A stretch of DNA of 64,000 bases from Felis catus (GCF_018350175.1 NC_058368.1:208632001-208696000); one strand, 5' to 3'; shown: positions 1-12,860, numbered from the stretch's first letter. Made by a program: numbers and translations. The notes: generated from the letters alone by a model not told the origin.

Positions 1-247
1 TTATGTATACCTAGACGTGCCATTTAAGAACCTGTTTTGCAAATCCTAAATGGGAAGGAAGAATTAGACACACTTCAATTTATATTTACCATTTTTAAGA
101 GTGACTCTGATTTCTTACAATTTTTTTCTTTCAAATAAAATCATTTAATCTCTGAAGACTGCATTCCTCATTTTATGAGTAAATAATCTGAGACCAAGAA
201 GACATACCAAGAAGGCGCAAAATTTAGCAAATAAAAACTCATATACA

Positions 248-393
248 GGGATGCCTGGAAGGCTCAGTTGGTTAAGTGTATAACTCGTGATTTTGGCTCA
301 GGTCATAATCTCACAGTTCATGAGATCAAGCCCTGAGTCGGGGTCTGTACTGAACTTGGGATTCTCTTTCTCCCTCTCTCTGCCCATTCCCTG

Positions 394-439
<46 letters not shown>

Positions 440-495
440 CTCTCTCTCAAAACAAAAAACAAAACCCATAAATAAATAAAATAAAAATTGAAAAA
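248..495 (+). mobile_element. CAN-SINE (SINEC), older diverged copy
   Basis: tRNA-like head gggatgcctggaaggctcagttggttaag, (CT)n tract, A-rich tail with aataaa. Confidence 0.93.
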
Positions 496-817
496 CAAAC
501 ACCACATGAGAAATACGTACACTAAAAAAGTATTCATTGTTCATCTAAAATTCAAACATAATGGAGTATCCTGTATTTTATCTGACTACCTTTCCCCTGG
601 GTTACCCAGTTAATGAATGGGAGAGCCAACGCTAGAACTGGATGCCCTTTCTGGTGTGAAGCCATTCACGAACAATTATTCTTTGAAAGCTAGATGTTCT
701 GGAAAACTAAAAGCTATGTAAGGCAGTCCCTGCCCTCAAAGAACCTAAAGTCTAATGGAAAATGCCAGTACATCAGGAAGAGAGGAGGGAGTGTCAATGT
801 AACCATCTCAGCAAGAA

Positions 818-1023
818 AATGGTTCTCAGCCCTGGCCACACATTAAAATCACCTAGAGATCTTTAAAAAAAAAAACTTTTTTTTTTTTTTTTTTTTTTTA
901 GTGTCCTGAGGTGCTGATTTAATTGGTCTGGGATGGGGTCAGGGAAATTGATCTTCCCCTTCCCTCCCAAAAAATATTCCTAGATAATTCTAGTGTGTGG
1001 CCTGGTTTGCATAATAAACCACT
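818..1023. mobile_element. MER5-like hAT-Charlie DNA transposon remnant
   Basis: tggttctcagccctggc...aatcacct...ctgatttaattggtctggg...gataattct...aaccact resembles MER5 consensus; contains an A11-C-T23 run at 865-899. Confidence 0.65.
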
Positions 1024-3889
1024 AAGACTTAGAAATCTCCCCTAAGAAATATTGATTCACAGAGTGGATAGGTCTTTGCTAAAATGCACGTGTGTGTGTG
1101 TGTGTGTATGAGCGTGTATAGTGGGGAGGGTCCCAAAGGACCTTGCTTCCTGTATATCACACAGGTGTCCAAAATAGCCCTTTGGACTCTGTAGTAAGAT
1201 TTGTTGAAAGAAGAGCATTTTGCTGGAATTCATCTTCCCTCCGTTCTGATCTTTGTTCTTAGTCATTCCTTAGCCTATATATTGTGTAGCCTGTGTCCTG
1301 AAAAATCCATCCTAAGTATACGGTTCACATATCCCTTAAAAAGAGAATAATCAAGACAATAATCTATAGTCCCCTAGTCCTATAGACCGCTCAGGATACC
1401 CCAGTTACCTGGTGCTAGACATGGAGCCTCTGGTCAGGACAGATCCTGTGGGTTTGGCATTGTTTGCATATCTTCCCACAGAGGCATCCACTGAATGAAA
1501 GCCCTATTCAATCTTATGACTTCCCATGGAGAGATAAATAAAGTGAGTGTCTCGGAGTGTCTTCACCATTGTCATTATATTTATTGTCCTGGTTAGAAAA
1601 GGGTCAGAAAGCCACAACTACATCTTCCTCTGCTCAGTTATTATTACCAAAAGACAGAGAAGCAAACGGACAAAAGCAGGATTTCTCAATACAGTCCTCA
1701 CCTTCTCATTTCTCACATCAGTGTTAGGGAGGCAAGGTTCCTACCTCAAGTTTGCTGCATCTGTTCTCCAACTAGGCCATCTTCCAACACAGTGTAACTT
1801 AACATTTTAAAATCATTTTGACTACCAAGTCATCCAAAGTCCAAAGGAAATGATATCTAAGCCCCAACTCTGAGGACACATGCAGTTGTGGGTTAAGCCC
1901 TCTTCTAGAGGATCATCATCACACAGATGATGTATTTAAGCCATTGTATGTCATTGTTAACCCTCCCATCCCAGAATCCACCTGGGATCAATTCAGCCTA
2001 TGACAACAAATGTTCTTTGGGATAGTTGGTCTGGTTTTCTGAGTTTAACATTAAAAGACTCCCCCACCTGCCTCCCCCTTCAAAAGCGTTACACTAAAAT
2101 ATCTGGGACAAATAAAGAGCATGATAGCGCCAAACCAGGGCAAATGTATTGATCCAGGAATGAAGAGAGGGCATATTTTTTCAATACATAAAAGGAATAA
2201 ATGATTGTTCAACAATACTAATACCTGGAATCCTCAAGATCAAGACAAATCAAAAATATTCCAAATGAGTCTGATTCATGTTAAATATTTCCTGTCTCAG
2301 TGACCAACAGGCCATGTTAAAACCAGTCTCAACTCCTTTTGGAAGTCTTGTTCTGTTTCCCACATGAAAGGTAATGTAAGAATTTTGATCAATGATGCAA
2401 GATTACTAATTCTCATTGGGTAATTTTCCCCATTAGTCAGAGATCAGCCTTGCCAACTCAGAGGCCTCACATGTTTTGCGGCGGGCTGCCATTAGGAACT
2501 AGGTGTCAAACTCCAGGACTAATGGAAATATATTCTAAAGGCCAAATTCTACCATTTTGCTGACATAGGGACAGTTTCTCACCAGCAAGGTAGCCTCAAC
2601 TGTATCCCAAGGTCTGAGATCTCTAGTCTTCCCTCATGACCACCTATTTCCTATGTCATCATCAGCAAATCTCCATTGACTATCCCTTTTTCTTTTCCCT
2701 CGAAAAAAGCCAAAACACCCCTAAGAAAGCATTATCTTTCTTAATACTTAGTTGAACTGCAAAGGAGAGATCCAAAATTTTTAAATTCATGGCAGAGGCA
2801 TGAATTCATTCATTACACCTTTAAGGGCCAGGATATGGACTAATGAGCAAATACAGACCAATCATAAACGCGAGGCGTTCCATACCCTCCTCTGCTGTAA
2901 ATCTAATTCATGGAGCCAAGAACACATGCTCAGGAATAAACAGGCTGGCTCTCACGGAGGTGTTTTAAACTGACAGTTCAAGTGGTGCGATAGTGATATT
3001 CATGTAGAAAAGGATGTCAATTAGCGTGCTAAACACCACCCAAACAGGGCCAACCCATGAAGGAGAATGCAGTTCTGCTTCGCATCTATAGATACCCAAC
3101 TGGAGGCCCAGTCATGTGGCCTATACAAGTGCCTACAAAATCTGCAAAACCCCTGAGAGCTATGTATATAGGTGAGCCAATTCTAATTCACATGCAACAA
3201 TGCAAAACCCCTTTCTTCCTCTGCCCCATGGCAAAAAGTGAATCTGTTCCATCTGTTTACAATGATTGCTGTTACTTTCCAGAATAACCATAATCTTATT
3301 TTGTAAATCCTATTCCTGACACGCCTCAAACCATCTGTCTATTCTTTCTTGGGTTAGCTTGGGGCTGTTTGGCAAATGTATGTCATTACCTGTGAGTGGA
3401 ATATTTTTTAGCAGAGCACATGCCCCTTTTAAAGGCATGTTGCCATGGCTGCTAGGTGTTCCTAAATAATCTCCGATGTTTCTTCCTCTTAACCCAATAT
3501 GCCTTTAGTAATTTTTAATGTATGTGAAATAAAGGCAAAGAGACAAAAAGGCATAAATGTGACTACTTGGGCTTAAGATTCAAAGTAAGTTTGCACATAT
3601 TCTCAAACACAAGGAATCATTTGAAATTTTACTAATAAAATTACACGTGTCAATTTGAGGAGAAAGGTAGCTAATGTTTCAGATTCAGACTTGCAAAGAG
3701 TTTTGGAGAAAAAAAAAAGTGATAAAATCTGAGTGGTAGAATTTCTGCCATTTCTTGTCCTCACGGAGCTGGGCCTGGGTTCCCACGAAGTCTCTACATT
3801 CTCTCTCTTCTTTATCATTCTCCCATTTTGCCCTTGTTTGTAACTACAAGGAGTTGGGAAAGAACTTAAAGCCCCAGAATGGAGGATGT

Positions 3890-4440
3890 GTGATGAGGCA
3901 ATTCAAAGAGCACAGATACAAATGGACAAACATGAGAAAAGATAGCTCACCTCATTAGTCATCAGGGGAATACAGAATAAAATAATAACAAGATCACTGC
4001 TGCCCTCTCAAAATGGCAAAGATTAAAACCAATGAAAATAGTCGGCTATGGGGAAATGGGTACTCTTAGGCACTGCTGGAGAAAGAGTTCATACAGCTCT
4101 CCTGTTGGTAGTATCTAGCAGTTTTTCTGGTACATACCTTTTCATACCTTCTGCGTCATTTCTGAACTTCTATTCTAGAGAAATACTAACATGTATACAC
4201 ACATGCAAAACAAATGTGTGAATGCAAAAATATTTATAGCAGCATTATTTATAAGACCCCAAAATAGGAAACAGCCCATCAGTAGGGAAATGGTTAAATT
4301 ATAGCTTATCTACCTGATAGGATATTTTGATGCTTCATTAAAATGAATGAGGCAGCTCAACATCATCTAGAAATGAAAAGACTTGGATGTATTGACAAGA
4401 CAGCACTTTGGAGGACATTAATATGTTTCAATTTATGGAA
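3890..4440 (+). mobile_element. Old L1 (L1M) ORF2-end/3' fragment
   Basis: aaacatgagaaaagatagctcacctcattagtcatcaggggaatacagaataaaa and tttatagcagcattatttataa match the mammalian L1 ORF2 3' region. Confidence 0.8.
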
Positions 4441-4491
4441 AACAGTGGAATCTCTAGGTCTATAACAAGATGTTAAAATGAGAATCTTTCA

Positions 4492-4690
4492 GGGGTGCCT
4501 GGGTGGTGTAGTCAGTTAAGCCTCCAGCTCTTGGTTTCGGCTCAGGTGATCTCACAGTTAGCGGGTTCGAGCCAGCATCAGGTTCTGCACTGACAGCTCA
4601 GAGCCTGGAGCCTGCTTTGCATTCTGTGTCTCCCTTTCTCTCTGCCCTTCCCCCACTCGCACTGTCTCTCTCAAAAATAAACTTAAAAAA
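4492..4690 (+). mobile_element. SINEC with 18-bp TSD
   Basis: ggggtgcctgggtgg head; aaaatgagaatctttcag at 4475-4492 and 4691-4708. Confidence 0.95.
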
Positions 4691-4890
4691 AAAATGAGAA
4701 TCTTTCAGCTTTGTCTAGGGCCTCAAAGATTCAGAACAAAGCAGGAGATGATTAGTGCTCTCACACTCCAAAATGACCTGCCAGACCTCCTAGACAGACA
4801 GCCCTGGGCAAAGGAGGCATCCACTGCAACCACCAGCCCATCACCCACCTCAAGGGTATAAAAGGACTGAAACGGACAAGGCTGAAAGAG

Positions 4891-5104
4891 TTTTTCTTTT
4901 TTTAATGTTTATGTATTTATTTTGAGAGCGAGCGAGCGAGTACAAGTGGGAGAGGGGCTGAGAGAGAGGGAGAGAGAGAATCCCAAGCAGGCTCCGCTTC
5001 CAGCGCAGATCCAGACACGAGACTCGATTCCACAACCATGAGATCATGACCTGGGCCAAAATCAAGAGTTGGATGCTTAACCAACTGAATTACCCAGGCA
5101 CCCC
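4891..5104 (-). mobile_element. SINEC
   Basis: T-rich tail, (GA)n tract, ends ...cccaggcacccc (reverse-complement head); no clear TSD. Confidence 0.93.
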
Positions 5105-7649
5105 TGGTTGGGGCATGGTGGTGTTTCCACCTGTACCTTAATCTAATTACCAAGAGTTTTAAGGAGATTGTTGAGAACAGACCGTTGTACCGATGGATCC
5201 GTGACCAAAGCTCATCTGTTGGCAAGAGGTGGGACCCAGAGACACGGGGAGGCCCAGGACTGAGTGCGCTGCACTGCAGTGACTGTGCTCCTCCTAAGAG
5301 CGGCAGCAAGACTGCATCTGTGTTCCCTCTGGGCCACATGCAAAAGAGCCAACCAGGATCCTTTTAAAAGGGGCCCCACCGGTAGACATGCTTTCAGCAC
5401 TCTCCACTCATATCCTTCCCATCTCTTGATCATATTCACACACCTGCTGGGGGGGTGAGCTTTCGTTCTCCCGGCAGCACCTGCATCTTTTGTCAGAGGA
5501 TGCCCTCAAGGTGGTGGACCCCCTGTGTGCACAGACAGCCAGAGAGCCTAGGGACTATGTTTGAGACTTGAAAGGACTGGAGGAACAGTCATATATATGA
5601 GTGTCCAAGAAAGTTAGAATGAGCCTGCATATCATCTTTACAGAGACAGCACTGGGAAACTATTCCCTACCTTTACCCTATGGAGTCCCAGTCTTTCAAT
5701 AGAATGTTAACAATTACACATACAGAACAGTGTAAAGTCTGGATGTTTACACACAAAACCAACTGCGATCTCCAGAGAGCAGAGTGTGCTAGAAGATGAG
5801 TGAACAGAACTTGTACATTTCGTTCTATACATTTCTATACCATTTAATTTTTTTAAAAAACAAACATTTGCTCATGTTTTTGGTAAACAAAAACTTAAGA
5901 TATTACAGACACCCACACACATACACATTCATTGTATAAAAATTCAGAAATTTAAGAGAGAGAAAACAAACAAACCATGCACAGAATCTCACTCTCCCAG
6001 ATCCCACCTCCGTTAGTATCTGGGAGGTTTTCATTCCCTTCTTTTTGCTTTGAGTGGGTACACTTGCTTTGGGGAGGCAGGTTCTCACTGGGCTCCACCT
6101 GAATTGTTAAATTAAACAATGAAGAGTTGCAAAGATTGTTTACCACCTTCACCATATCTTCTGTGGCTGTTCTGGCCATATGAAAATTGGAGTTTAGCTT
6201 AAAGAAAATTGATTTGATACTACTAGGTTTCCCTTATATAGCTTAAAATGCTCACAATCAAGGGGCAAATAAAAAATCACCAGTGACGTTTCATGCACTG
6301 CCTCTAGACAGTAGCAAAGTGGAGGACTAGAACACTGGAATTGACTGCTCCTTTTAGGAAACTGGAAATGCACCTCCCTTGTCTGGCTGGAAATGCATAT
6401 TCAAGTCGAACCTGCCAAGGCTCACTAAGTCTGCCCAGAAAGCCCAGCTGAGCCTCAAACACCTGAATGCAAATTCAAGAGGAGATTTTATTTCCTTTCA
6501 GAGATGCACACAAAAATCTAACCTGTTGCAAATTCAACTCCTAAAATATACAAGACACAACTTGAGACCCTGAGCAAATGAAGTGGCTGCTACACATGTG
6601 GAAATTACCTCCTTGTTTGTTTTCAGTCTTCCTGTTTCCCCTGGGAACCAGAGAGAAAATTCAATTTCTAAACCTTGAAGCAGCATGAACAATGAACAAT
6701 TGTTAGCCTAGAAATAGCAGATGAAGCCTATTACTGCACAATGGAAAGTAAACGTATTGTCTTGAGGTTGTGTTTACTATACCGGCTGGGTGGGTAAAAT
6801 GATACAGTAGAAGGGAGGATTGGTGTCCTACTCATTAGAAACCCCTGAGAAACCCTCTACACCGAGGGGAGTGTCCGACTCCTTTCTGTTTTTCCTCTTG
6901 TTGAGTATAGGTTTGGATAATTATATGTAATTTCTCATGTCTGACTACATGAATGAAACTTCTTACCAATTTCCACCAAAACCCTATACCAAATCAATTG
7001 AGACAGGATCAACGGAAAGCCAGTACCATGCAGAAATTCAGGAAAGGTCTTCATATTTCTCACTTAAGTGGCAAACCAAAAGTCTTGACAAGGCGACAAT
7101 CTCATGATCCAGCAAAACAGCAACAGAGCACACAAACATTCTCTTGGCTTGGAATATGAAAACTTTTTACAAGAGTAAATTAAATTGAGCTGAAATTTTA
7201 AAACCAGGAATGGCAAAGTGTACTTCTTACCAAATTTGTTGGAATCCAGTCATACACTCGGAATAAACTCCAACTGGTGCTAAAGTCCAGTTTCCTTTTT
7301 GAAAAAGAAGAAAGAAAAATAAACTAGACTTTAAAATGCAGCTTTTGAAACAAGGTTCCAAGGGCTACTTGGATGTTGGCTGGTGCTGACAAAACAATAC
7401 TAACAAGTTGAGTGTAAATGAATCAAAACCAGACAGATTCCATTTCCCCCTCAAGAAAACGAGTGTTGGTGGGGGGGGGGGGGGGAGCGCGCGATAAATA
7501 AATAAAAGCTTCCCAAAAATGTATGTGAATTTTCACAAAAACCACAGTGTTCTGCATAAAAACTAGAGAGACATGTCTTCTGCCCTTCAAGCAGGGCTGG
7601 GTTTTAAGGAGGTGACATGGAGGGGTAAAAGTGTGACATCTAGGCCCAT

Positions 7650-7795
7650 CTGTGCCAGGCACTGACCTTCGGGAACATTGCTTTGATGTCATCCTCACAA
7701 TAACCTGCACGGCAGGTGTTCATCCCCCACCTTACTGATGAGAAAATGAAGCTCAGAAAATGAAGCTTGAGTCACCTTGTCCAGATCACTCAACA
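7650..7795 (-). mobile_element. MIR fragment
   Basis: atcctcacaataacctg...ttactgatgagaaaatgaagctcaga...ccttgtccagatcac resembles the MIR core. Confidence 0.7.
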
Positions 7796-7911
7796 TTACT
7801 CTGAAGGACATCTGTATTAGGAAACCATTCACACACACCCATGCTCCTGCTACGCTAGAGCCATTGCTTACTTAGCGAGTAGACTTAGTGACGTTTAAGA
7901 AGACAATTTTG

Positions 7912-8136
7912 GGGGCGCCTGGGTGGCTCAGTCAGTTGAGCGTCCGACTTCGGCTCAGGTCATGATCTCGCGGTCTGTGAGTTCGAGCTCCGCGTCGGGC
8001 TCTGGGCTGATGGCTCAGAGCCTGGAGCCTGCTTCTGATTCTGTGTCTCCCTCTCTCTCTGCCCCTCCCCCGTTCATGCTCTGTCTCTCTCTGTCTCAAA
8101 AATAAATAAATGTTAAAAAAAAAATTAAAAAAAAAA
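7912..8136 (+). mobile_element. Feline SINEC, low divergence, 15-bp TSD
   Basis: ggggcgcctgggtggctcagtc head with many CpGs intact; aagaagacaattttg at 7897-7911 and 8137-8151. Confidence 0.97.
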
Positions 8137-8309
8137 AAGAAGACAATTTTGAAGCACATTACTAGTGCAATGCTACATCTTGTCAAGGCCAACAGCTGTA
8201 CTGGCTTAGAAAGCGTCTGGGGTAGAACTGGTGTACTGGGTGGAGGGAGTCTCATCCTGATTTACCTTAGGGTCATTGTGAATTCATGTCTAACGCCAAG
8301 TTACTCAAC

Positions 8310-8490
8310 TTTGTGGCAAGTCTATACTAAGTACTTTACTTGCGTTAACTCCTTTCATTCTCAAAAATGACTCTAGGAGTTTTGTAGGATTTTTATCCCT
8401 AAGCAAACTGAGGAATGAAAGGACTAAGGAAGAGGCAGAGCCATAGAGGATTCTAACCCAGCCTGTCTGACTCTTCCAGACCCAGCACAT
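8310..8490 (-). mobile_element. MIR fragment
   Basis: ctatactaagtactttac...aaactgagg...ggcagagcc...aacccagcctgtctgactc. Confidence 0.65.
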
Positions 8491-8591
8491 GTGCTCTTAC
8501 TCCCTTTACCAAACTGAAGGGCATCATCCATGTATGACAGAACTGAGTGCAGGATGACTATAACCCCAGAAATTAAGCAGCACTGGCTTCT

Positions 8592-8953
8592 TGTTTTAGT
8601 CCATTCAGGCTGGGATAACAAAATATCACAGACTGGGCAGCTTAAAAACAACAGAAATTTACTTCTCATCGTTCTGGAGACTGAAAGTCTGAGATCAAGG
8701 CCACAGCACGGTTGGGTTTTGGTGAAGGCTCTCTTCCTTGTTTAGCTGGCACTTCCTCACCATGTTCTCACATGGTAGAAGGGACTGGAATCTCTCTGGA
8801 ACCTCTTTTATAAGAGCACTAATCCCACTCATGAGGGTTCTACCCTCATGACTTAAGCCCCTCCCAAAGGCTTCACCTACGAAATATCATCAGTTCAGGG
8901 GGTTAGGATTTCAGCGTGAAATTTGAAGAAACATACACCTTTAGACCATAGCA
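8592..8953 (-). mobile_element. MLT1A-type MaLR solo LTR with 5-bp TSD
   Basis: tg...ca termini, typical MLT1A body (aacaacagaaatttacttctc...ttttataagagcactaatcccactcatgaggg); TSD cttct at 8587-8591 and 8954-8958. Confidence 0.9.
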
Positions 8954-9384
8954 CTTCTCAAGGCATGTGACCATCAGAACTTGGTAGTATCTTCCTACCC
9001 ATTCATTGGTTCACCCAACAGTAGTGATTGAGTGCTTACGATATATAAACATAGGGAGTTACAAAGAGATCAAGGATGTGCCGGTCTTTGTCCTCAAGAA
9101 ACGTAAACACAACAGCCCCAAGTTGTTCCCATCTCAAATTTACTTGGTTCTGGATTTTTCCCTGGCCTTCTGTTATTCTTTACCTTTTCAAGTCACTTAT
9201 TATTATATAATTTCTTTCTTTTGGACCTATCCAAATTTATGGTTTAGATTAGTTTGTCCCTGAGACTAGTGAACCTCATTTAGAGTCAAACAAATGGAGA
9301 GACAACTTGAAATCAAGGAACTCTTTGCACTCATAGATTATTAGAATTTGAAATACTAGAATTAGAATTTGGAGAGATGGGCCC

Positions 9385-9757
9385 TGTATTGGTCAAAGTA
9401 GGCTATCTGCTATAACAAAGAACCCCAAAAGTTCTTATTGTTCTCACAAAAGCCAATGTGTACGTTCTTCGTTAGGCCACTTTCCTCCAAGTGGTGACAT
9501 GTGGGTTCCGGGCTATTTCCATGCTGTGGATCCATCATCTCAACAAAGGGTTTCAAGACACCCCAGGCTTCATCCAGCTAGCAGACAGAGAGCCAAGAGA
9601 AACTTCAGAGAAGGTACGTTACTCCTAACTGCCTTCCCCATTCCACTGGCAAAAGTTAGTCACGTGCCCAGCCAGACACTAAGGTTACCAAGAAAACTCT
9701 GTAGTTTAGGGAGCATGTAGTAGTTAGTAGAGATGTTAGTAGTTGATCTCTAACACA
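9385..9757 (-). mobile_element. Old MLT1 (J/K-like) LTR
   Basis: tgtattggtc...ctgctataacaaagaacccc...cccattccactggcaaaagttagtcacgtg...ctctaacaca. Confidence 0.6.
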
Positions 9758-9899
9758 GACTCCATAGCCCACCACCACCGTCACTATGCAGATGAGAAAA
9801 CTGTGTCTCAGTGCAGCTAAGTGAGCCTTCCAGGATACAGGAGCAGACTCCGTCTTCCAATACAGTGCATATTTACACTTTCTAAAAAGTCATTTACTA

Positions 9900-9926
9900 C
9901 TTTAAAAAATTTTTTAAATATTTATT

Positions 9927-9972
<46 letters not shown>

Positions 9973-10134
9973 TGAGTGAGTAGGGGAAAGGCAGAGAGGG
10001 AGACACAGAATCCGAGGCAGGCTCCAGGCTCTGAGCTGTCAACACAGCCCCATGCGGGGCTTGAACTCACAAACTGAGAGATCACGACCTGAGCCGAAGT
10101 CGGACACTTCACCAACTGAGTCAACCAGGCACCC
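9900..10134 (-). mobile_element. SINEC
   Basis: Long (GA)n tract, reverse head ...accaggcaccc; diverged flanking repeat gtcatttactac / gccatttattgt. Confidence 0.94.
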
Positions 10135-10449
10135 TGCCATTTATTGTTTTTATCTCTTACCTCATGCTTACTATAGAAAATTTGGAAAATACAGAACTTA
10201 AGAAAATAAAAATTATAATCTTCCAACAATAATCACTATCTTTTGATGCCTATCTCCTAGTCTTTTCCATATATTTGTGTATGTATTTTACATACATATT
10301 AATTTTTAGTTACAAAATATTTCAAACGTACATAAAGTAGTATAAACAAACCTATATATCACCCTACATATCACTGTTTAACAAATGTTAACATTTTGCC
10401 ATACTTTCTTCAGTTCTCCCTCTCTTTTTTAAAAATAAAATGGGTCCAT

Positions 10450-10668
10450 GGGGCGCCTGGGTGGCGCAGTCGGTTAAGCGTCCGACTTCAGCCAGGTCAC
10501 GATCTCGCGGTCCATGAGTTCGAGCCCCGCGTCGGGCTCTGGGCTGATGGCTCAGAGCCTGGAGCCTGTTTCCGATTCTGTGTCTCCCTCTCTCTCTGCC
10601 CCTCCCCGTTCATGCTCTGTCTCTCTCTGTCCCAAAAATAAATAAACGTTGAGAAAAAAAAAAAATTT
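10450..10668 (+). mobile_element. Young feline SINEC (cagccaggtcacgatc type)
   Basis: Near-identical to copies at 15680, 25429, 39900 and 60667; TSD aaaaataaaatgggtcca. Confidence 0.97.
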
Positions 10669-10686
10669 AAAAATAAAATGGGTCCA

Positions 10687-10897
10687 GAGGTGCCTGAGTG
10701 GCTCAATCAGTTGAGCATCCAACTTTCGCTCAGGTCATGATCTTGTGGGTGGTGAGTTCGAGCCCCACATCGGGCTCACTGACGTCAGTATGAAGCCCAC
10801 TTTGGATCCTCTGTCCCCTCTCACTCTCTGTCCCTCCCCCACTGGCTGTCTTTCTCTCTCACAAATAAATAAATGTTCAAAAAATAAATAAATAAAT
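10687..10897 (+). mobile_element. Older SINEC in tandem with the young copy
   Basis: gaggtgcctgagtggctcaatc head with CpG decay; followed by a third aaaaataaaatgggtcca. Confidence 0.94.
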
Positions 10898-11539
10898 AAA
10901 AATAAAATGGGTCCAGCTAAAACCCAACCTCCATCTAATTCTTTCTCCTTCCTAACAGAAACCTAGGAAGTGCCATCCTGAAGCTGAAGTATATAGAGAC
11001 CCTGTGCATATTTTTACACTTGTATTATGTATCTGTACATGGATAGTAAAATTCCATGATAGTGTGTTCTTTTGTATATTTAACATTTTTGCATGAGGGG
11101 TAAAATGACACGTGTATCCTTTTGTACCTTGCTTTTTCCAGTCAGCAGTATGCTTTAAAATTTAGCCATGTTGATACATGGATATCACTTTCATTCTCCT
11201 GAACTACATGTGGTATCCCATTGTATGACTAAGCCACAGTTTATTTATTCTGCTGGAATACAGTTAGATGGTTTCCACTTTTTTCCCTTTATAATCATTA
11301 AAAAACCAAATTGGCATCAAATTATAACACGGGACTGTTTCCTGCTTTTTCAATTTACCATCAAGTATTCGTACATATATTCTTTGAGACTATTATTTTT
11401 AACAGCTGCATAGCATTCTCTCCCAGGAACATACCAAAATTATTTAGCCATTCCCATGACCATTCTTTTAGGTGCATGTAGGCACATTAACAAACAGAAA
11501 AACTAAGAAGTGCCTGTAGAGAGGGAAAGTACTACCAGG

Positions 11540-11690
11540 GTTCAGCAGTCATGTTCTGGTCCCACATTCTCTAGGTTCAAATCCCACCAAGTCCACTTTC
11601 TAACTGTGGGACTTTGGGCAAAACCTTTAACTCCTCTGTGTTCTATAAAATAAGATTGATCGTAGTACTTACCATGAATCCCACAGTCAT
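11540..11690 (+). mobile_element. MIR fragment
   Basis: ctaggttcaaatccca...ccactttctaactgtgggactttgggcaaaacctttaactcctctgtg. Confidence 0.75.
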
Positions 11691-12860
11691 CCCATGGGTT
11701 TATATGCTTCCTGGCTTTGGTTTTATTTTGTATTCTCTTGCAGGCAAACAAGGGGTAACCCTGCATATGCACGTCAATCTTGCTGACAGAAAGCGAGTCT
11801 CATTCAGAGGACAAGAAGTCTTGTGAGAGGCAAATTACTGATTCTAGCACAGTGCCTGGGACACAGAAGCACTAAGTGTTATGCCAAAAGTGTTTGATAT
11901 TTGTAGTGGCTACACATTCAAACACGTGTGTGCACATACACTGCCACACAAATATCTACAACTCTGCCATATTTTAGGCACGTGACATGGCGCTGTTCCA
12001 CCCCAACTTTTCCTTATTGATAAGGCTTCCCAATCTGCTCCTTTACTGTTCCATCTAGCAAATCTTCCAGTTTTGTTTTCTTCGGCTAGGAATCCCTTTA
12101 GACTCCCCAGCAAGCCGTATCTGACACGTTATACACTCAGCAAGTGTCACCAAAGCCTCTAAGTGACTTTATGAAGTTCTCAGACTCTCCCTTTTGCAAT
12201 TCAATTCAACCAAATGGTCTGTCCCTCCCAACATTTTCAAGTGTCACCTCCCACAGGCTCCTCCTCTCTTTTGTTTTATGAATGATGTCCCACTTCTCAA
12301 CTGCCATCAGCTGGCTCAAACCTTAGTGCAGATTATCTTTTTAAGGGAATATAAAGAAAGAAAGCACAAAACAAAGAAACCCACTAGGTTTTTTTTTTTT
12401 AGTCATTCCAGATAGGGCTCAATAAAACTTCATTGGCCTCAGGAGACTTCCCCTAATTCAGCTAAACAAACAGTCTTCCTTCTACTCTTAGGAATGCTCT
12501 TGGGCAGCGTAATGGCCTTTGAAAAACTTTGGAGCTCCTGACCTGGAAAGGGGGATGAAAGGAAGCTATGCATGAGCAGTGAAGCAGTCAAGCTCCAAGT
12601 CCTGCCCTCACCTCTGCAATCAGCATGCTCCAAAATCTGATGAGAACTATAAGCTCACAAGGAAGTACTTACTACACAACTGGTCACTACAATTTCCAAA
12701 TGACCGAGGATGATCATGGCACCTTTGATCTTGGTAGTGCCTGGGGAATACTTAAAAAAGGCCCTCAATTGTTGAAAACCATCATGGTTAGAACTATTTC
12801 CATATTACCAAATATGGTGTGAATTAGCTTCAAAAAACAAGAAAGAAGTTTCTAAAGATG

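Larger units (their letters stand above)
10140..11480 (-). mobile_element. Old L1M 3' fragments interrupted by two SINEs
   Basis: agaaaatttggaaaatacagaa, caaatgttaacattttgccata and ttttaacagctgcatagcattc are typical antisense L1MC/L1ME 3' sequence. Confidence 0.65.

Noticed and set aside
1409..1490. Minus-strand 82-nt exon-like unit with one open frame (DASVGRYANNAKPTGSVLTRGSMSST)
   Set aside because: Weak polypyrimidine tract, unrecognised peptide, no partner exons
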